Positions 1 through 9,249 of a DNA stretch of 64,000 nt are shown piece after piece. Positions within the stretch are counted from its first letter, which is position 1. Each line of letters opens with the position of its first letter. A program made the translations under genes and the position numbers. The notes beneath the pieces are model-generated. The model was not told the DNA's origin and ran no database searches. It saw nothing but the letters and a program-made list of their open reading frames with translations. Origin of the DNA: Bacteriovoracia bacterium (lineage in GTDB: Bacteria > Bdellovibrionota > Bacteriovoracia > Bacteriovoracales > Bacteriovoracaceae); NCBI GenBank assembly GCA_046570105.1, contig JBKHVI010000001.1:96001-160000 (forward strand), in the 5' to 3' direction.

Positions 1-1
1 C

Positions 2-253
2 ATTCGTGACTATGGAATTGGGATTCCCTTACAAACACGTAAAGATCTCTTCGACCCTTTTGCTCTCACCATGCGCGCAGGAACTGCAGGAGAAAAAGGC
101 ACAGGCCTTGGACTTCCTATCACTAAAAACTGTGTCGAACTTTTAGGTGGATTAATTGTGGTAACATCAAGAACAAAAGAAGAAAGTCCACAGGATCACG
201 GTACAAGTATCACTGTTATCTTGAAGCGCGCGCCTCAGACTCAATCTCGCTGA
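2..253 (+). CDS. Sensor histidine kinase, C-terminal HATPase fragment (5' part outside window)
   Basis: Frame open from base 2: IRDYGIGIP...LFDPF...GEKGTGLGLPI (G1, F and G2 boxes). Confidence 0.85.
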   Translation: MRDYGIGIPLQTRKDLFDPFALTMRAGTAGEKGTGLGLPITKNCVELLGGLIVVTSRTKEESPQDHGTSITVILKRAPQTQSR

Positions 254-1953
254 GAAAGCTCATAGAGTTTACGATACTCACCGGCAGTATTCATCAATTC
301 TTCGTGAGAGCCCTCTTCAACTTTTTTGCCTTCTTTGAGTACGACAATACGATCGTAGTTTTTCAAAGTTGAAAGTCGATGAGCGACGGCCACCACTGTC
401 TTGTGTCCTGCCACACGCGCTAGTGCAGCTTGCACCGTTTTTTCAGACTCATTATCAAGCGCACTCGTCGCCTCATCAAACAACATGATGTCGCGATTCT
501 TTAAGAATGCACGTGCAATAGTTAAACGTTGAGCCTGGCCTCCTGAGAGACGTAAGCCTCTATCACCAATAACGGTTTGAAGCTGCTCTGGTAACTCCAA
601 CACAAAGTCTTTTGCATATGAAACTTCCAACGCATGAATAATTTCTTCGTCACTCGCTTCTTCGCCAGTTGTTAAATTTTCTCTTACTGTGTCGTTGAAA
701 AGAAAAATATCCTGACTCACGAGTGAAAACAGCTTACGCAAATCAGCTAATTTCCAATCGTTAATATTGACCCCATCAACTAGTATCTCTCCGCTACTAA
801 CTGGATAAAGTCGCAGTAATAAACTGACTAACGTCGACTTACCTGAACCGGAAAGACCTACTAGGCCAATCTTCTCACCCTTCTTAATTACCAGATTGAA
901 GTTCTTTAAAACCTCACGATCGCCGTAACTGAAAGATAAATTCTTGAACTCAATTTTTTCTTTAAAGCCAGCTTGGTGATGGCGACCTGTATCTGGCTCG
1001 ATGGGAGTATCAAGTAGACTCAAGATACGTGTCGAAGCTGCTCGTGCTTGATTAAGCTTAGCACTGGCTTTACTAAATTTACGAATAGGATCCATAAACA
1101 TAGCAAGGGCCGCCACAAAACTAATAAATCCACCTGTGGTCAACTCTCCCGAGGCAATTCGGTGTTGAGCAAAGACAATAACACCGGCAAAAGCCACAGA
1201 ACCGACGAGTTCAACTGCTGGATGGGAGTGCTCTTCTGCTGAGTTTGACCGCGAACGATTACCTAAGAAACGCTCTTGAACTTTTTCGAAACGCCCGGCG
1301 AGATAAGGCTGGAGCCCAAAAGCTTTGGCAATTCTTTGTCCTGTTAACGCCTCACTTACTGAGTGAGTCATGTCAGCAACATCTTTTTGCGCTTGCCCAA
1401 TATACTTACGAATCCTTCTGCCAAGTCGACCGAAGATGAGAGCAAAAATGGGTGAAGCCACTAAAATGATTAAGGCCAATTGCCAGTCGTGATAAAACGC
1501 AACGCTGACCAACGCGATAGCTGTAATAGGTTCGCGAATAATTTCTAGGGCGTTCTTGAAGGAGTCAGCGAACATATTCGTGTCACTCAAAAAAGTGGAC
1601 ACCAAATTGCCTTGCTTGGCCTGGGCGAAATAGGAGGAAGGCATGGCCTGAAATTTGTTGAACAGCTGAGATCGAATGCTACAAGCGCATCGATCAACAA
1701 TCATGCGCAGTCCGTAGTAATGAAAAAAGCGCAAAGGATAGTTAAGAATTCCTAATCCTACCAAGATAGCTGCTAGTTTAAATGCTTCGTCACTGGTTGA
1801 ACCAGCCGAAAAACCTTTGTCAAAAATATCCTTAACCAAATAAGCTTCGTAGGCTTTGATAGCCGACAAAGGCAACGCCAAAAGTGCAGCCGTTAACGCC
1901 TGCTTCCAAAATGGACGAAGGTATGGGAACATAAGTTTAAGAACTTCTAGCAT
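241..1953 (-). CDS. msbA: MsbA-like ABC exporter (TMD+NBD)
   Basis: Hydrophobic N-half, Walker A GLSGSGKS, LSGGQ, FDEATSALD; divergent from gmhB. Start moved to ATG 1953 (MLEVLK). Confidence 0.75.
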   Translation of the reverse strand: MLEVLKLMFPYLRPFWKQALTAALLALPLSAIKAYEAYLVKDIFDKGFSAGSTSDEAFKLAAILVGLGILNYPLRFFHYYGLRMIVDRCACSIRSQLFNKFQAMPSSYFAQAKQGNLVSTFLSDTNMFADSFKNALEIIREPITAIALVSVAFYHDWQLALIILVASPIFALIFGRLGRRIRKYIGQAQKDVADMTHSVSEALTGQRIAKAFGLQPYLAGRFEKVQERFLGNRSRSNSAEEHSHPAVELVGSVAFAGVIVFAQHRIASGELTTGGFISFVAALAMFMDPIRKFSKASAKLNQARAASTRILSLLDTPIEPDTGRHHQAGFKEKIEFKNLSFSYGDREVLKNFNLVIKKGEKIGLVGLSGSGKSTLVSLLLRLYPVSSGEILVDGVNINDWKLADLRKLFSLVSQDIFLFNDTVRENLTTGEEASDEEIIHALEVSYAKDFVLELPEQLQTVIGDRGLRLSGGQAQRLTIARAFLKNRDIMLFDEATSALDNESEKTVQAALARVAGHKTVVAVAHRLSTLKNYDRIVVLKEGKKVEEGSHEELMNTAGEYRKLYELSQRD

Positions 1954-1982
1954 GAGGTTGATCTTAAACCGCGGGGGCAGGC

Positions 1983-2501
1983 ATGACAAACAAAACCCCA
2001 AAAGCCATCTTTCTTGATCGAGACGGAACTTTGATCCGTGACAAGAATTATCTATCCCGCGTTGAAGATATTGAATATTTCCCGGATACGTTTAAGGCCT
2101 TAAGCTTACTTCGCTCAAAAGGCTATCGACTCTACGTGATTACCAATCAATCAGGTGTGGGTCGCGGCTTCTTTACTATGAAAGAGGTCAACGTTATCCA
2201 CCGTGTCATGGACGCTGATCTAAAAGCCCAAGGTTTAAAAGTCTATGATGGTTGGGGCGTCTGCCCCCATGCTCCTCACGAAGCTTGCTCATGTCGAAAA
2301 CCCCACCCGACCCTAATCCAAGATATCCTCACCAAAGAAAAATTGGTGGCCGATGATTGTTGGATGTTGGGCGATAAAGATATTGATGCTCAGTGCGGCC
2401 TGAACGCTGGAATCAATGGCGCCATCGTCAGAGCGAAGCCCAGCGAAGGTGACTACACCTTCTTCTCAACTCTTCTGGAATTCGCAGAAAGCCTAGACTA
2501 A
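1983..2501 (+). CDS. gmhB: D,D-heptose-1,7-bisphosphate phosphatase (HAD)
   Basis: FLDRDGTL, TNQSG, CPH...CSCRKP, GDKDID motifs. Confidence 0.9.
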   Translation: MTNKTPKAIFLDRDGTLIRDKNYLSRVEDIEYFPDTFKALSLLRSKGYRLYVITNQSGVGRGFFTMKEVNVIHRVMDADLKAQGLKVYDGWGVCPHAPHEACSCRKPHPTLIQDILTKEKLVADDCWMLGDKDIDAQCGLNAGINGAIVRAKPSEGDYTFFSTLLEFAESLD

Positions 2502-3289
2502 AAAAGCATTTTATAAGAAGTCACATCCGGAAGCTTTACCTGAAAGTGGTAGCACCAAAATTGAATCAAATGAGTATTCACAGCTTGAGGTGCACCCTGA
2601 ATAGCTGTCCAATCTTGAAAACGAGTTCGAATGGCCAGCGATAACAACGCTCGAACCGGTAGATCTGTGCTCACTTCGGAGCCCGACTCTTTCACACAAT
2701 TCATACAAGAGTAGCCACCTTGATCAACAATCAATGGACTCATCACTTCTTCTTCAAGTTGACAGCCGCAATAAACACATTCCGATTCATCTGGCAAAAT
2801 TCCCAGGTGTAATAAAAATTTGCTCAAGAAAAGCAGCAAATGATTTTCCCACTGAAAGTTTTTTTGCTGAAGTGCCTGATCAAGATGAAACAATCCATTG
2901 GAGACGACGTTAAATAGTCCCCCATGCTCTTGAGCGGCAAAGGTATTGTCGGATGTATGCGGGAGAGCTGTTTTAAGCACCATCTCTAAATACAAACAGG
3001 CCAAGGCAAAAGCTTGTGGATGATGACGAATCTCTTGTGACTGCCACAAAAGAGTTTGCTCGCTCGCCATTTGCAAAGTTTCTAATGAAGTATGGCCGGA
3101 GCGCGCCTCACGTAACTGAACACGCAATAAATTGCCTGGTTCATAAACGCGTGGCTTAGAGTTTTTTCCGCCTCCCATACCACCATAAACATAAACACTC
3201 GTGATCGTCCCTTCACGCAACAGCATACGTGCAATGAGATCACGTTCTTTTTGCGGAATAATCTGAATGACAATCCCTTCCAGGGTCAT
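2498..3289 (-). CDS. recO: DNA repair protein RecO
   Basis: N-terminal GIVI...ERD OB-fold-like start; Zn finger CxxC...CxxC after LGILP. Confidence 0.75.
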   Translation of the reverse strand: MTLEGIVIQIIPQKERDLIARMLLREGTITSVYVYGGMGGGKNSKPRVYEPGNLLRVQLREARSGHTSLETLQMASEQTLLWQSQEIRHHPQAFALACLYLEMVLKTALPHTSDNTFAAQEHGGLFNVVSNGLFHLDQALQQKNFQWENHLLLFLSKFLLHLGILPDESECVYCGCQLEEEVMSPLIVDQGGYSCMNCVKESGSEVSTDLPVRALLSLAIRTRFQDWTAIQGAPQAVNTHLIQFWCYHFQVKLPDVTSYKMLF

Positions 3290-4211
3290 ACCAATTGGCC
3301 TTGATGATAAGCTTCAATCGAAGCATCATAACTCTTATTAGTAGACGCAGGAAAGCCACAAGTCTGTCTCTTTTTGAGAGTCCAGATAACTTCCAACTCA
3401 TCCAAACTTCAAACGCATCACCGCGTCGCCCCGCTCTCGTACGCATCTGATGAACCATCCAATGAGGTGCACTTTGATCGAGTAAAATAACTCGGGCCAA
3501 ATTTGGTAAATTAATTCCGTGAGACAAGCATGATGTGGCGACAATCACTTGGGGTAATTCTTCCCGATGCAATCGCTCTTGAAACTGTGCGGTTTCTCCT
3601 CCTTTGCATCCCCAAACCGCTAAACCCATCTGACGAATACTTTTTACCCAATCATCAACGGCATTACGATGTTGGCAAAAAATCAAACTCATCCCATTCA
3701 ACTCATCTGTAATGAGTTCAGTAATCAATGAGGCAGGCCCAGCTAACGTCACACTAGGTAAATGTTTAAATTGAAAATTACCGGCATCACCTGAAATAAG
3801 ATGAGAAAAGTTTTGCCCAAGAGTTTCTTTCAAAAAACTGAGTGTCTCTGGTATTAATGTCGCGGTAAAACCAACTCCTGCCAAACCTGAGAGGCAGTAG
3901 CCATACCAGGCTTCTAAGAAAGCATGGCGAAAACTTTCACCCCACAACTGCACCAGATGAATTTCATCCCAAATAACCACCAAGTTCGGTTTTGCTTTTT
4001 GCAGCCCTTCCCAATCAAGCTGGAGCAACTCTTCGGGCAAAACAACCCATACTTTTTCATTTTGTCTTTTGACTTCTTCGGCTAGGGCCCTTAAGGGAGA
4101 TATATAAAGGAATTCACACCCAGATTCTTTGACCCATAAGTGAAACAACTGTGTTTTCCCCCATGCGGGAGGTGCGATCAGAAGTTGAAATGTTGCGGCG
4201 GGAAAGTACAT
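3240..4211 (-). CDS. Compact SF2 (DExH) helicase
   Basis: APPAWGKT, SPLRALA, DEIH, TAT, ATSCLSHGINLP, QMRTRAGRRG. Confidence 0.8.
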   Translation of the reverse strand: MYFPAATFQLLIAPPAWGKTQLFHLWVKESGCEFLYISPLRALAEEVKRQNEKVWVVLPEELLQLDWEGLQKAKPNLVVIWDEIHLVQLWGESFRHAFLEAWYGYCLSGLAGVGFTATLIPETLSFLKETLGQNFSHLISGDAGNFQFKHLPSVTLAGPASLITELITDELNGMSLIFCQHRNAVDDWVKSIRQMGLAVWGCKGGETAQFQERLHREELPQVIVATSCLSHGINLPNLARVILLDQSAPHWMVHQMRTRAGRRGDAFEVWMSWKLSGLSKRDRLVAFLRLLIRVMMLRLKLIIKANWYDPGRDCHSDYSAKRT

Positions 4212-4313
4212 TTCCTCTTCTTAAGCCTGTCGCAAGGCGCATGTCGCGTTTATTTCAGTTAATTGTAAGACAAATTCTTATTTGAATCAGTGTTTTCATT
4301 CTATAATCAGCCC

Positions 4314-5411
4314 ATGATAAATTCAGTAGTTCATCCTATCGCTCTCAAGCTCATCGAACTGTCGGGTGATCTCTTCATTGCAATGACTCCGGAAGGATTT
4401 ATTATTGCTCTCAGTAAAGAGTGGGAACCACTCTTAGGAAGAAGCATTCAAGACATTCGTGCTTATCAATATGAACACCTCGTTTACCCCAAAGATATGC
4501 CGGTAACACGTGCAGCATTTGAGGCGGTAAAGAATGGATCAGACATCAGCCAACTCCGTTTGCGCTTCATAAAAGCTGATGGAGAACCCGTTTGGCTGCA
4601 ATGGAGAGCGACTAAAGACCAGGAAACTGGGCTGATATACTCTGCAGCAACAGTCATTGCTCCGCTGGATATGAAGCAAGAAGAGATTGAACACGAGCGT
4701 CAAAAAAATATCCACACCGCGAAGCTCGCATCATTAGGGGAAATAGCCGCGGGTGTGGCCCATGAACTCAACAATCCTCTTTCAATTGTGATGGGCTATT
4801 TAAAAATGCTTGAGCTTGAATATGAGCAAGGGACACTGACTCCTCCTGAATTTAAAAAAATTATGGGTGGGACTCTGGCTGCCACCGATAGAGCGACAAA
4901 AATTATTCAAAATCTAAAAAATTTGGCACGAGATGGGGCACAAGATCCTCTCGAGAGAGTTTTACTGGATGAAATTATTGAGAGCACTTTAGATTTTGTG
5001 AGAGAAAAATTTCGTCGCTATAATGTTAAACTCGAAGTCAATTACCAACCCCATGTATGGGTGATGTGTCGTCAAGTCGAACTCTCTCAAGTCATTCTTA
5101 ATCTACTAACGAATGCCTTTGATGCGTGTGAGGGTCACACTGAACCATGGATAAAGTTAACTGTTGAAACCATTGATAAGAACGCTCTCATTCAGGTTTC
5201 AAATTCAGGGCCTTTGATTTCAAGTGAAATACAGCAGCGAATTTTTACTCCATTTTTCACTACTAAAAAATATGGCCGCGGCACTGGTCTAGGTCTCTCG
5301 ATCGCTGCCAGCATTATGCATCGTCACAACGGAGAGCTTTATCTAAAGTCTCGCTCTGAATTCACCACTTTTGTGGCCCGTATTCCCACTTCTCCAGAAG
5401 GCAAAATATGA
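4314..5411 (+). CDS. PAS-domain sensor histidine kinase (NtrB-like)
   Basis: PAS/PAC, AHELNNPL H-box, NLLTNA, FFTTK, GTGLGL; start ATG 4314 follows TATAAT. Confidence 0.9.
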   Translation: MINSVVHPIALKLIELSGDLFIAMTPEGFIIALSKEWEPLLGRSIQDIRAYQYEHLVYPKDMPVTRAAFEAVKNGSDISQLRLRFIKADGEPVWLQWRATKDQETGLIYSAATVIAPLDMKQEEIEHERQKNIHTAKLASLGEIAAGVAHELNNPLSIVMGYLKMLELEYEQGTLTPPEFKKIMGGTLAATDRATKIIQNLKNLARDGAQDPLERVLLDEIIESTLDFVREKFRRYNVKLEVNYQPHVWVMCRQVELSQVILNLLTNAFDACEGHTEPWIKLTVETIDKNALIQVSNSGPLISSEIQQRIFTPFFTTKKYGRGTGLGLSIAASIMHRHNGELYLKSRSEFTTFVARIPTSPEGKI

Positions 5412-5761
5412 AAGTCTGGGTCGTAGATGATGAAGCAGAAATTTGTCATATTCTCGAGTATCTCCTCAAGCGTGATGGTCACGAATGCATGACATTTGAA
5501 AATCCTCTACAAGCTCTCAAGAGCCTGCAAACGACACCACCCGAAGTCATCATTTGCGATTTTAAAATGCCGCAAATGAACGGATTAGATTTTTTTCTAA
5601 AAATCAAAGATCAGTGGAAGGGTGAATTTATCATGCTCACTGGTGAGCCAAGTGCAGATCCAAAAGAATTACAATCGATCGGCATTAAAGAAGTGTTGTT
5701 TAAACCTAGAGATCTCACTCGTATCCTCACGGTTCTTAAAGATTTAGCGCAAAATAAATAA
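5408..5761 (+). CDS. Single-domain response regulator
   Basis: VVDDE, CDFKMPQMNG, LTG, KP; ATGA overlap with the kinase gene. Confidence 0.9.
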   Translation: MKVWVVDDEAEICHILEYLLKRDGHECMTFENPLQALKSLQTTPPEVIICDFKMPQMNGLDFFLKIKDQWKGEFIMLTGEPSADPKELQSIGIKEVLFKPRDLTRILTVLKDLAQNK

Positions 5762-5848
5762 AATCTTTTTTTCAACATAATTGCTGGCTCCCCTAGTCAA
5801 AGTCATTTCTTGATGCTGAAATGTTTATATCTGACTGAGGTGATTTTT

Positions 5849-6349
5849 ATGCGCCAATGGATTTTGAGTGCCTGCAGCATTTTTGCCATCGTCTTTTTGG
5901 CACTGTACTCGGCCCAAACAAAAGTTCACGACTACTCAAGTCTCACTGACTTGCGAGTAGGATTAAATGCAAACCAACTGAGTTTTCTGGGTCAGCCCGT
6001 ATCTGCGAGTGAAAGAGAACGAGTTTACTTGCTACCTGACCAATCTACTCTTGTTGTTATGATCCAAGATCAAAAAGTATCCGCCGCCTGGATGGAATTA
6101 CGTCAACCACTCAAGGTTGAGGATCCTCAATTTAAACGTCTCCGTTTTGTGCAAATGGGTGTGGATGCTGCTTTAAGTCCAACTTGGTTTTATGCCGCTG
6201 CTGCCGACCAGGGCCGCATTTTCAAAATTTCTCAGCAAGGGTTGATTGAAAGTATCACTTGGGTCAAGCCATTTGAAGCTCAAGGCCGTACTGTTCAGCT
6301 ACAAGCGTTGGTTCAAGAATTTACCGGTCAGCGCGCATTTTCTTTGTGA
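5849..6349 (+). CDS. Hypothetical exported or membrane-anchored protein
   Basis: GAGGTG RBS before ATG 5849; N-terminal hydrophobic segment. Confidence 0.65.
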   Translation: MRQWILSACSIFAIVFLALYSAQTKVHDYSSLTDLRVGLNANQLSFLGQPVSASERERVYLLPDQSTLVVMIQDQKVSAAWMELRQPLKVEDPQFKRLRFVQMGVDAALSPTWFYAAAADQGRIFKISQQGLIESITWVKPFEAQGRTVQLQALVQEFTGQRAFSL

Positions 6350-6355
6350 GACCCT

Positions 6356-6613
6356 ATGCTCGCACATGTTGAAAAACTTTTTGATGAACAAGTTCGTCCC
6401 GCTCTTGCCCAGCATGGTGGGAATATCGAGATTATCGATTTAGATAATCAAAAACTCTTCGTTAAATTTAGTGGGGGCTGTCACGGCTGTTCTAGTTCTC
6501 AAGCGACACTTAAAGGTGGCGTCGAAACTCTCGTTAAACAAACTTTTCCCGATATTCTAGAGGTCGTTGATCTCACCGATCACACGACCGGCGAGAATCC
6601 TTACGCGACCTAG
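6356..6613 (+). CDS. NifU/NfuA-type Fe-S carrier domain protein
   Basis: VRPALAQHGGNI...GGCHGC...TLKGGVE. Confidence 0.9.
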   Translation: MLAHVEKLFDEQVRPALAQHGGNIEIIDLDNQKLFVKFSGGCHGCSSSQATLKGGVETLVKQTFPDILEVVDLTDHTTGENPYAT

Positions 6614-7422
6614 AGCCAGTGTGGCTTGGTTGGATTTCTAATCACATCTAATCTTTCACGAACCTGCTTTAAGCGATCTTTATCAAAGGTCGCTGTAATC
6701 ATTTTTTCGCCCTCTTCAGCGTCCGCCAACACTTCACCCCAAGGGTCTACGATCAAAGAATGACCATAGGTTTTAATACGCTCATTATGATTGCCCCACT
6801 GTCCGGCCGCCACGACATAACATTGATTTTCTATCGCACGCGCTCTGAGCAGGGTGTGCCAATGCGCTTTCCCGGTAGGAACAGTGAAAGCAGAAGAAAT
6901 AGTTAGAGCGGTCGCACCTTGCGAACTGTACCAACGAAACAATTCAGGAAAGCGCAAATCAAAACAAATTGCGACACCAAACTTCCACCCCTCTACATCA
7001 AGGAGCAGTGGTTTCGCTCCTGCCGTATAGATTTTTCCTTCGTCAATGACTTGAGCAGAAGGATGCTTAGAGAGATCACAGGCAAACAAGTGAGTCTTAT
7101 CGTAGCGACCCATCTCAGTTCCATCAGGCGCAAAATTATAGCTTCGATTTAAAATTTTTCCATCGACCAACGTCGCAACTGATCCACCTAAAAGATAAGT
7201 GCTAAATTCAGTCGCAAGCTTTTGAATTTCTCTCCAATGTTCATTCCCATCTTCAACCAAATAAGGAGTGGCAGTGAGGCCGTTTGAAATCGAGTAAAAA
7301 ACTTCCGGCAAGAATACAGCTCGAACCCCTTCTTCTCGTGCTTGTTTCATAAATCGACGTATCGACGCCAAATTTACACTGGGCTCAAGCTTTGATTCCA
7401 ATTGGATAATAGCAACTTTCAT
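6610..7422 (-). CDS. Carbon-nitrogen hydrolase (Nit1/YbeM deaminated-glutathione amidase type)
   Basis: LPE, YDKTHLF, ICFDLRFPE, RARAIENQ, YGHSLIVDPWG. Confidence 0.9.
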   Translation of the reverse strand: MKVAIIQLESKLEPSVNLASIRRFMKQAREEGVRAVFLPEVFYSISNGLTATPYLVEDGNEHWREIQKLATEFSTYLLGGSVATLVDGKILNRSYNFAPDGTEMGRYDKTHLFACDLSKHPSAQVIDEGKIYTAGAKPLLLDVEGWKFGVAICFDLRFPELFRWYSSQGATALTISSAFTVPTGKAHWHTLLRARAIENQCYVVAAGQWGNHNERIKTYGHSLIVDPWGEVLADAEEGEKMITATFDKDRLKQVRERLDVIRNPTKPHWL

Positions 7423-7473
7423 AGTAATCCCTTTGTCATTTACGGATAACACCCTCACGGGCGATGATCAACC

Positions 7474-8433
7474 ATGCTTAAAAAAGTTCTCATTAATATT
7501 ATTAAGGCGGGGCTGGCCTTGGGCCTCTTGGGCTGGCTGGTTCAATCAGGGAAGCTCAACTGGAGTCTTTTAGCCGAGATGCAGCGCTACCCATTGCGTC
7601 TATTGATGGTGTTTGGCTTTTGCTTTTTGAATCTTCTGCTCGTCACTTGGCGCTGGCGCTACCTTCTAAGTGCGCGCTCTCGCCACTCTATTCCCTTGGC
7701 CGGCCTTGGAATGGTGAATTGGATAGGATTATTTTTTGGCTCTGTTCTCCCTGGTAGCATCACCGGTGATGTCGTTAAGATCTTTTATGTAAAAAAAAGT
7801 GATGCCAGCCTTTCGACCCCCTTTCTCTTATTCTCCAGCTTTCTTGATCGAGTGATGGGTCTGACTGGTCTGATTCTATTGATGGGCGGCTTTTCTGTTT
7901 TTAATTACTCAACTCTCTCGGCACTCTCACCGAAGTTAGTGCCGATGTTACACTTTAATTTTTTCTTACTCGCCAGTGTTATAACCGCACTGATCGTTTT
8001 CTTTCTCGCCCCCCATTTAATCGAACAACTCTTAACGATTCTCAAGAGCTTTGTACCTCAAAGTAAGTGGCCTGGGCGCTTGCAGGACTTGTGGAAAGAT
8101 CTCATTACTGCCAGAAAACAGATGGGCCTGGCGATTCTCATAAGTATCGTGGTTCAGTTTTTGGGCGTGGTCATTTTTCATTTACTCGTAAGCCCACAGT
8201 ATCAAACTGCACTCTCACTCGAGCTGGTACTCAGTTTCATTCCACTGGGTTTTATGGCGCTCGCTATACCCATTGCTCCGGGTGGCCTAGGCGTTGGCCA
8301 TGCTGCTTTTCAAACGTTATTTGGATTTGCGGGCGAGATGAATGGCGCGAACTTTTTCAACATGTACTTCGTCGTCACCATGGTCTTCAACATTCTGGGA
8401 TTTATTCCCTGGTTGATCAGTAAGCGGCGCTAG
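7474..8433 (+). CDS. Lysylphosphatidylglycerol-synthase TM / UPF0104 flippase-like membrane protein
   Basis: Polytopic; RWRYLL, LPGSITGDVVK, DRVMG, PIAPGGLG. Confidence 0.8.
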   Translation: MLKKVLINIIKAGLALGLLGWLVQSGKLNWSLLAEMQRYPLRLLMVFGFCFLNLLLVTWRWRYLLSARSRHSIPLAGLGMVNWIGLFFGSVLPGSITGDVVKIFYVKKSDASLSTPFLLFSSFLDRVMGLTGLILLMGGFSVFNYSTLSALSPKLVPMLHFNFFLLASVITALIVFFLAPHLIEQLLTILKSFVPQSKWPGRLQDLWKDLITARKQMGLAILISIVVQFLGVVIFHLLVSPQYQTALSLELVLSFIPLGFMALAIPIAPGGLGVGHAAFQTLFGFAGEMNGANFFNMYFVVTMVFNILGFIPWLISKRR

Positions 8434-8613
8434 GTTTTCATGCAAATTCACCCGTAAGTCCGAACTTGAGTCTCTTTTAATTCATAGAATTACTTGAGGA
8501 CGCTTCATGCAATCTCATAGAAACCATAGTTCATCCTGGCATAAATTAATGCTATTAAATAGGTCGTTGCGCCAGGATGAGACGGGTGAATTTGCCGCTC
8601 AGTAAGCGACGCT
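8417..8613. repeat. Intergenic structured element with 14-bp inverted ends and flanking 15-bp near-direct repeats (MITE-like or ncRNA)
   Basis: GCAAATTCACCCGT (8442-8455) / ACGGGTGAATTTGC (8582-8595); inner TCATCCTGGC (8531-8540) / GCCAGGATGA (8571-8580); TCAGTAAGCG[G/A]CGCT at 8417 and 8599. Confidence 0.6.
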
Positions 8614-8615
8614 GA

Positions 8616-9239
8616 TCAGGTAAATACAAATATTTTCGTAGGTTCAATATGCTGATAGTGCATCGACTTAGTCTTGAGTGATTCAAGATTAAGCAAAAAG
8701 CGCAACTCTTCTTCAAAAGAGTTCATCTTACGAATTTTCTTTGACTGTTTTTTGAGAATTGAACGTGTTGTTTGCGGAAGTGTGCAAACACCGTGAAGCA
8801 TAAAGCTCTCAGTCTTGTAACGAATTACGCGACCGATGAAAAGATCGTCTTCCACAAGGCCAATGTTCTTATGACCTTTAGCGAGAGTCACTTTTTCGTC
8901 ATGAAGAATGTCTTTGAGTACTATCTGGCGACGGAAATTCACTTTGCTGAATTCTAGTAGCGTGTGGTTTACATTCAAAAAAGCCTGCGACAAATCTTCA
9001 TCAAGTTGTTCGCGACGAATGTAGTCTTCGACTAATTTTTTTCCTGAATCATCTTTCCACTGAAACAAGTACCACTCATTAAAACAGTGCATGCGACTTT
9101 CAAACTCATCTTTGTCTTCATCAAGTTTGCCGGTAAGACCAATGTAAGTCTCTTTCGCTTGTTTTAAGCGTTCGAAATATTCGCCCTGGGTATAAAGGGT
9201 GAGCATCTTTTCAATATGAGAATCTATGAGTTCAAGCAT
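8616..9239 (-). CDS. Hypothetical protein
   Basis: 207-aa ORF directly downstream of lepA; no recognised motif. Confidence 0.75.
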   Translation of the reverse strand: MLELIDSHIEKMLTLYTQGEYFERLKQAKETYIGLTGKLDEDKDEFESRMHCFNEWYLFQWKDDSGKKLVEDYIRREQLDEDLSQAFLNVNHTLLEFSKVNFRRQIVLKDILHDEKVTLAKGHKNIGLVEDDLFIGRVIRYKTESFMLHGVCTLPQTTRSILKKQSKKIRKMNSFEEELRFLLNLESLKTKSMHYQHIEPTKIFVFT

Positions 9240-9249
9240 GGAGTCTATT

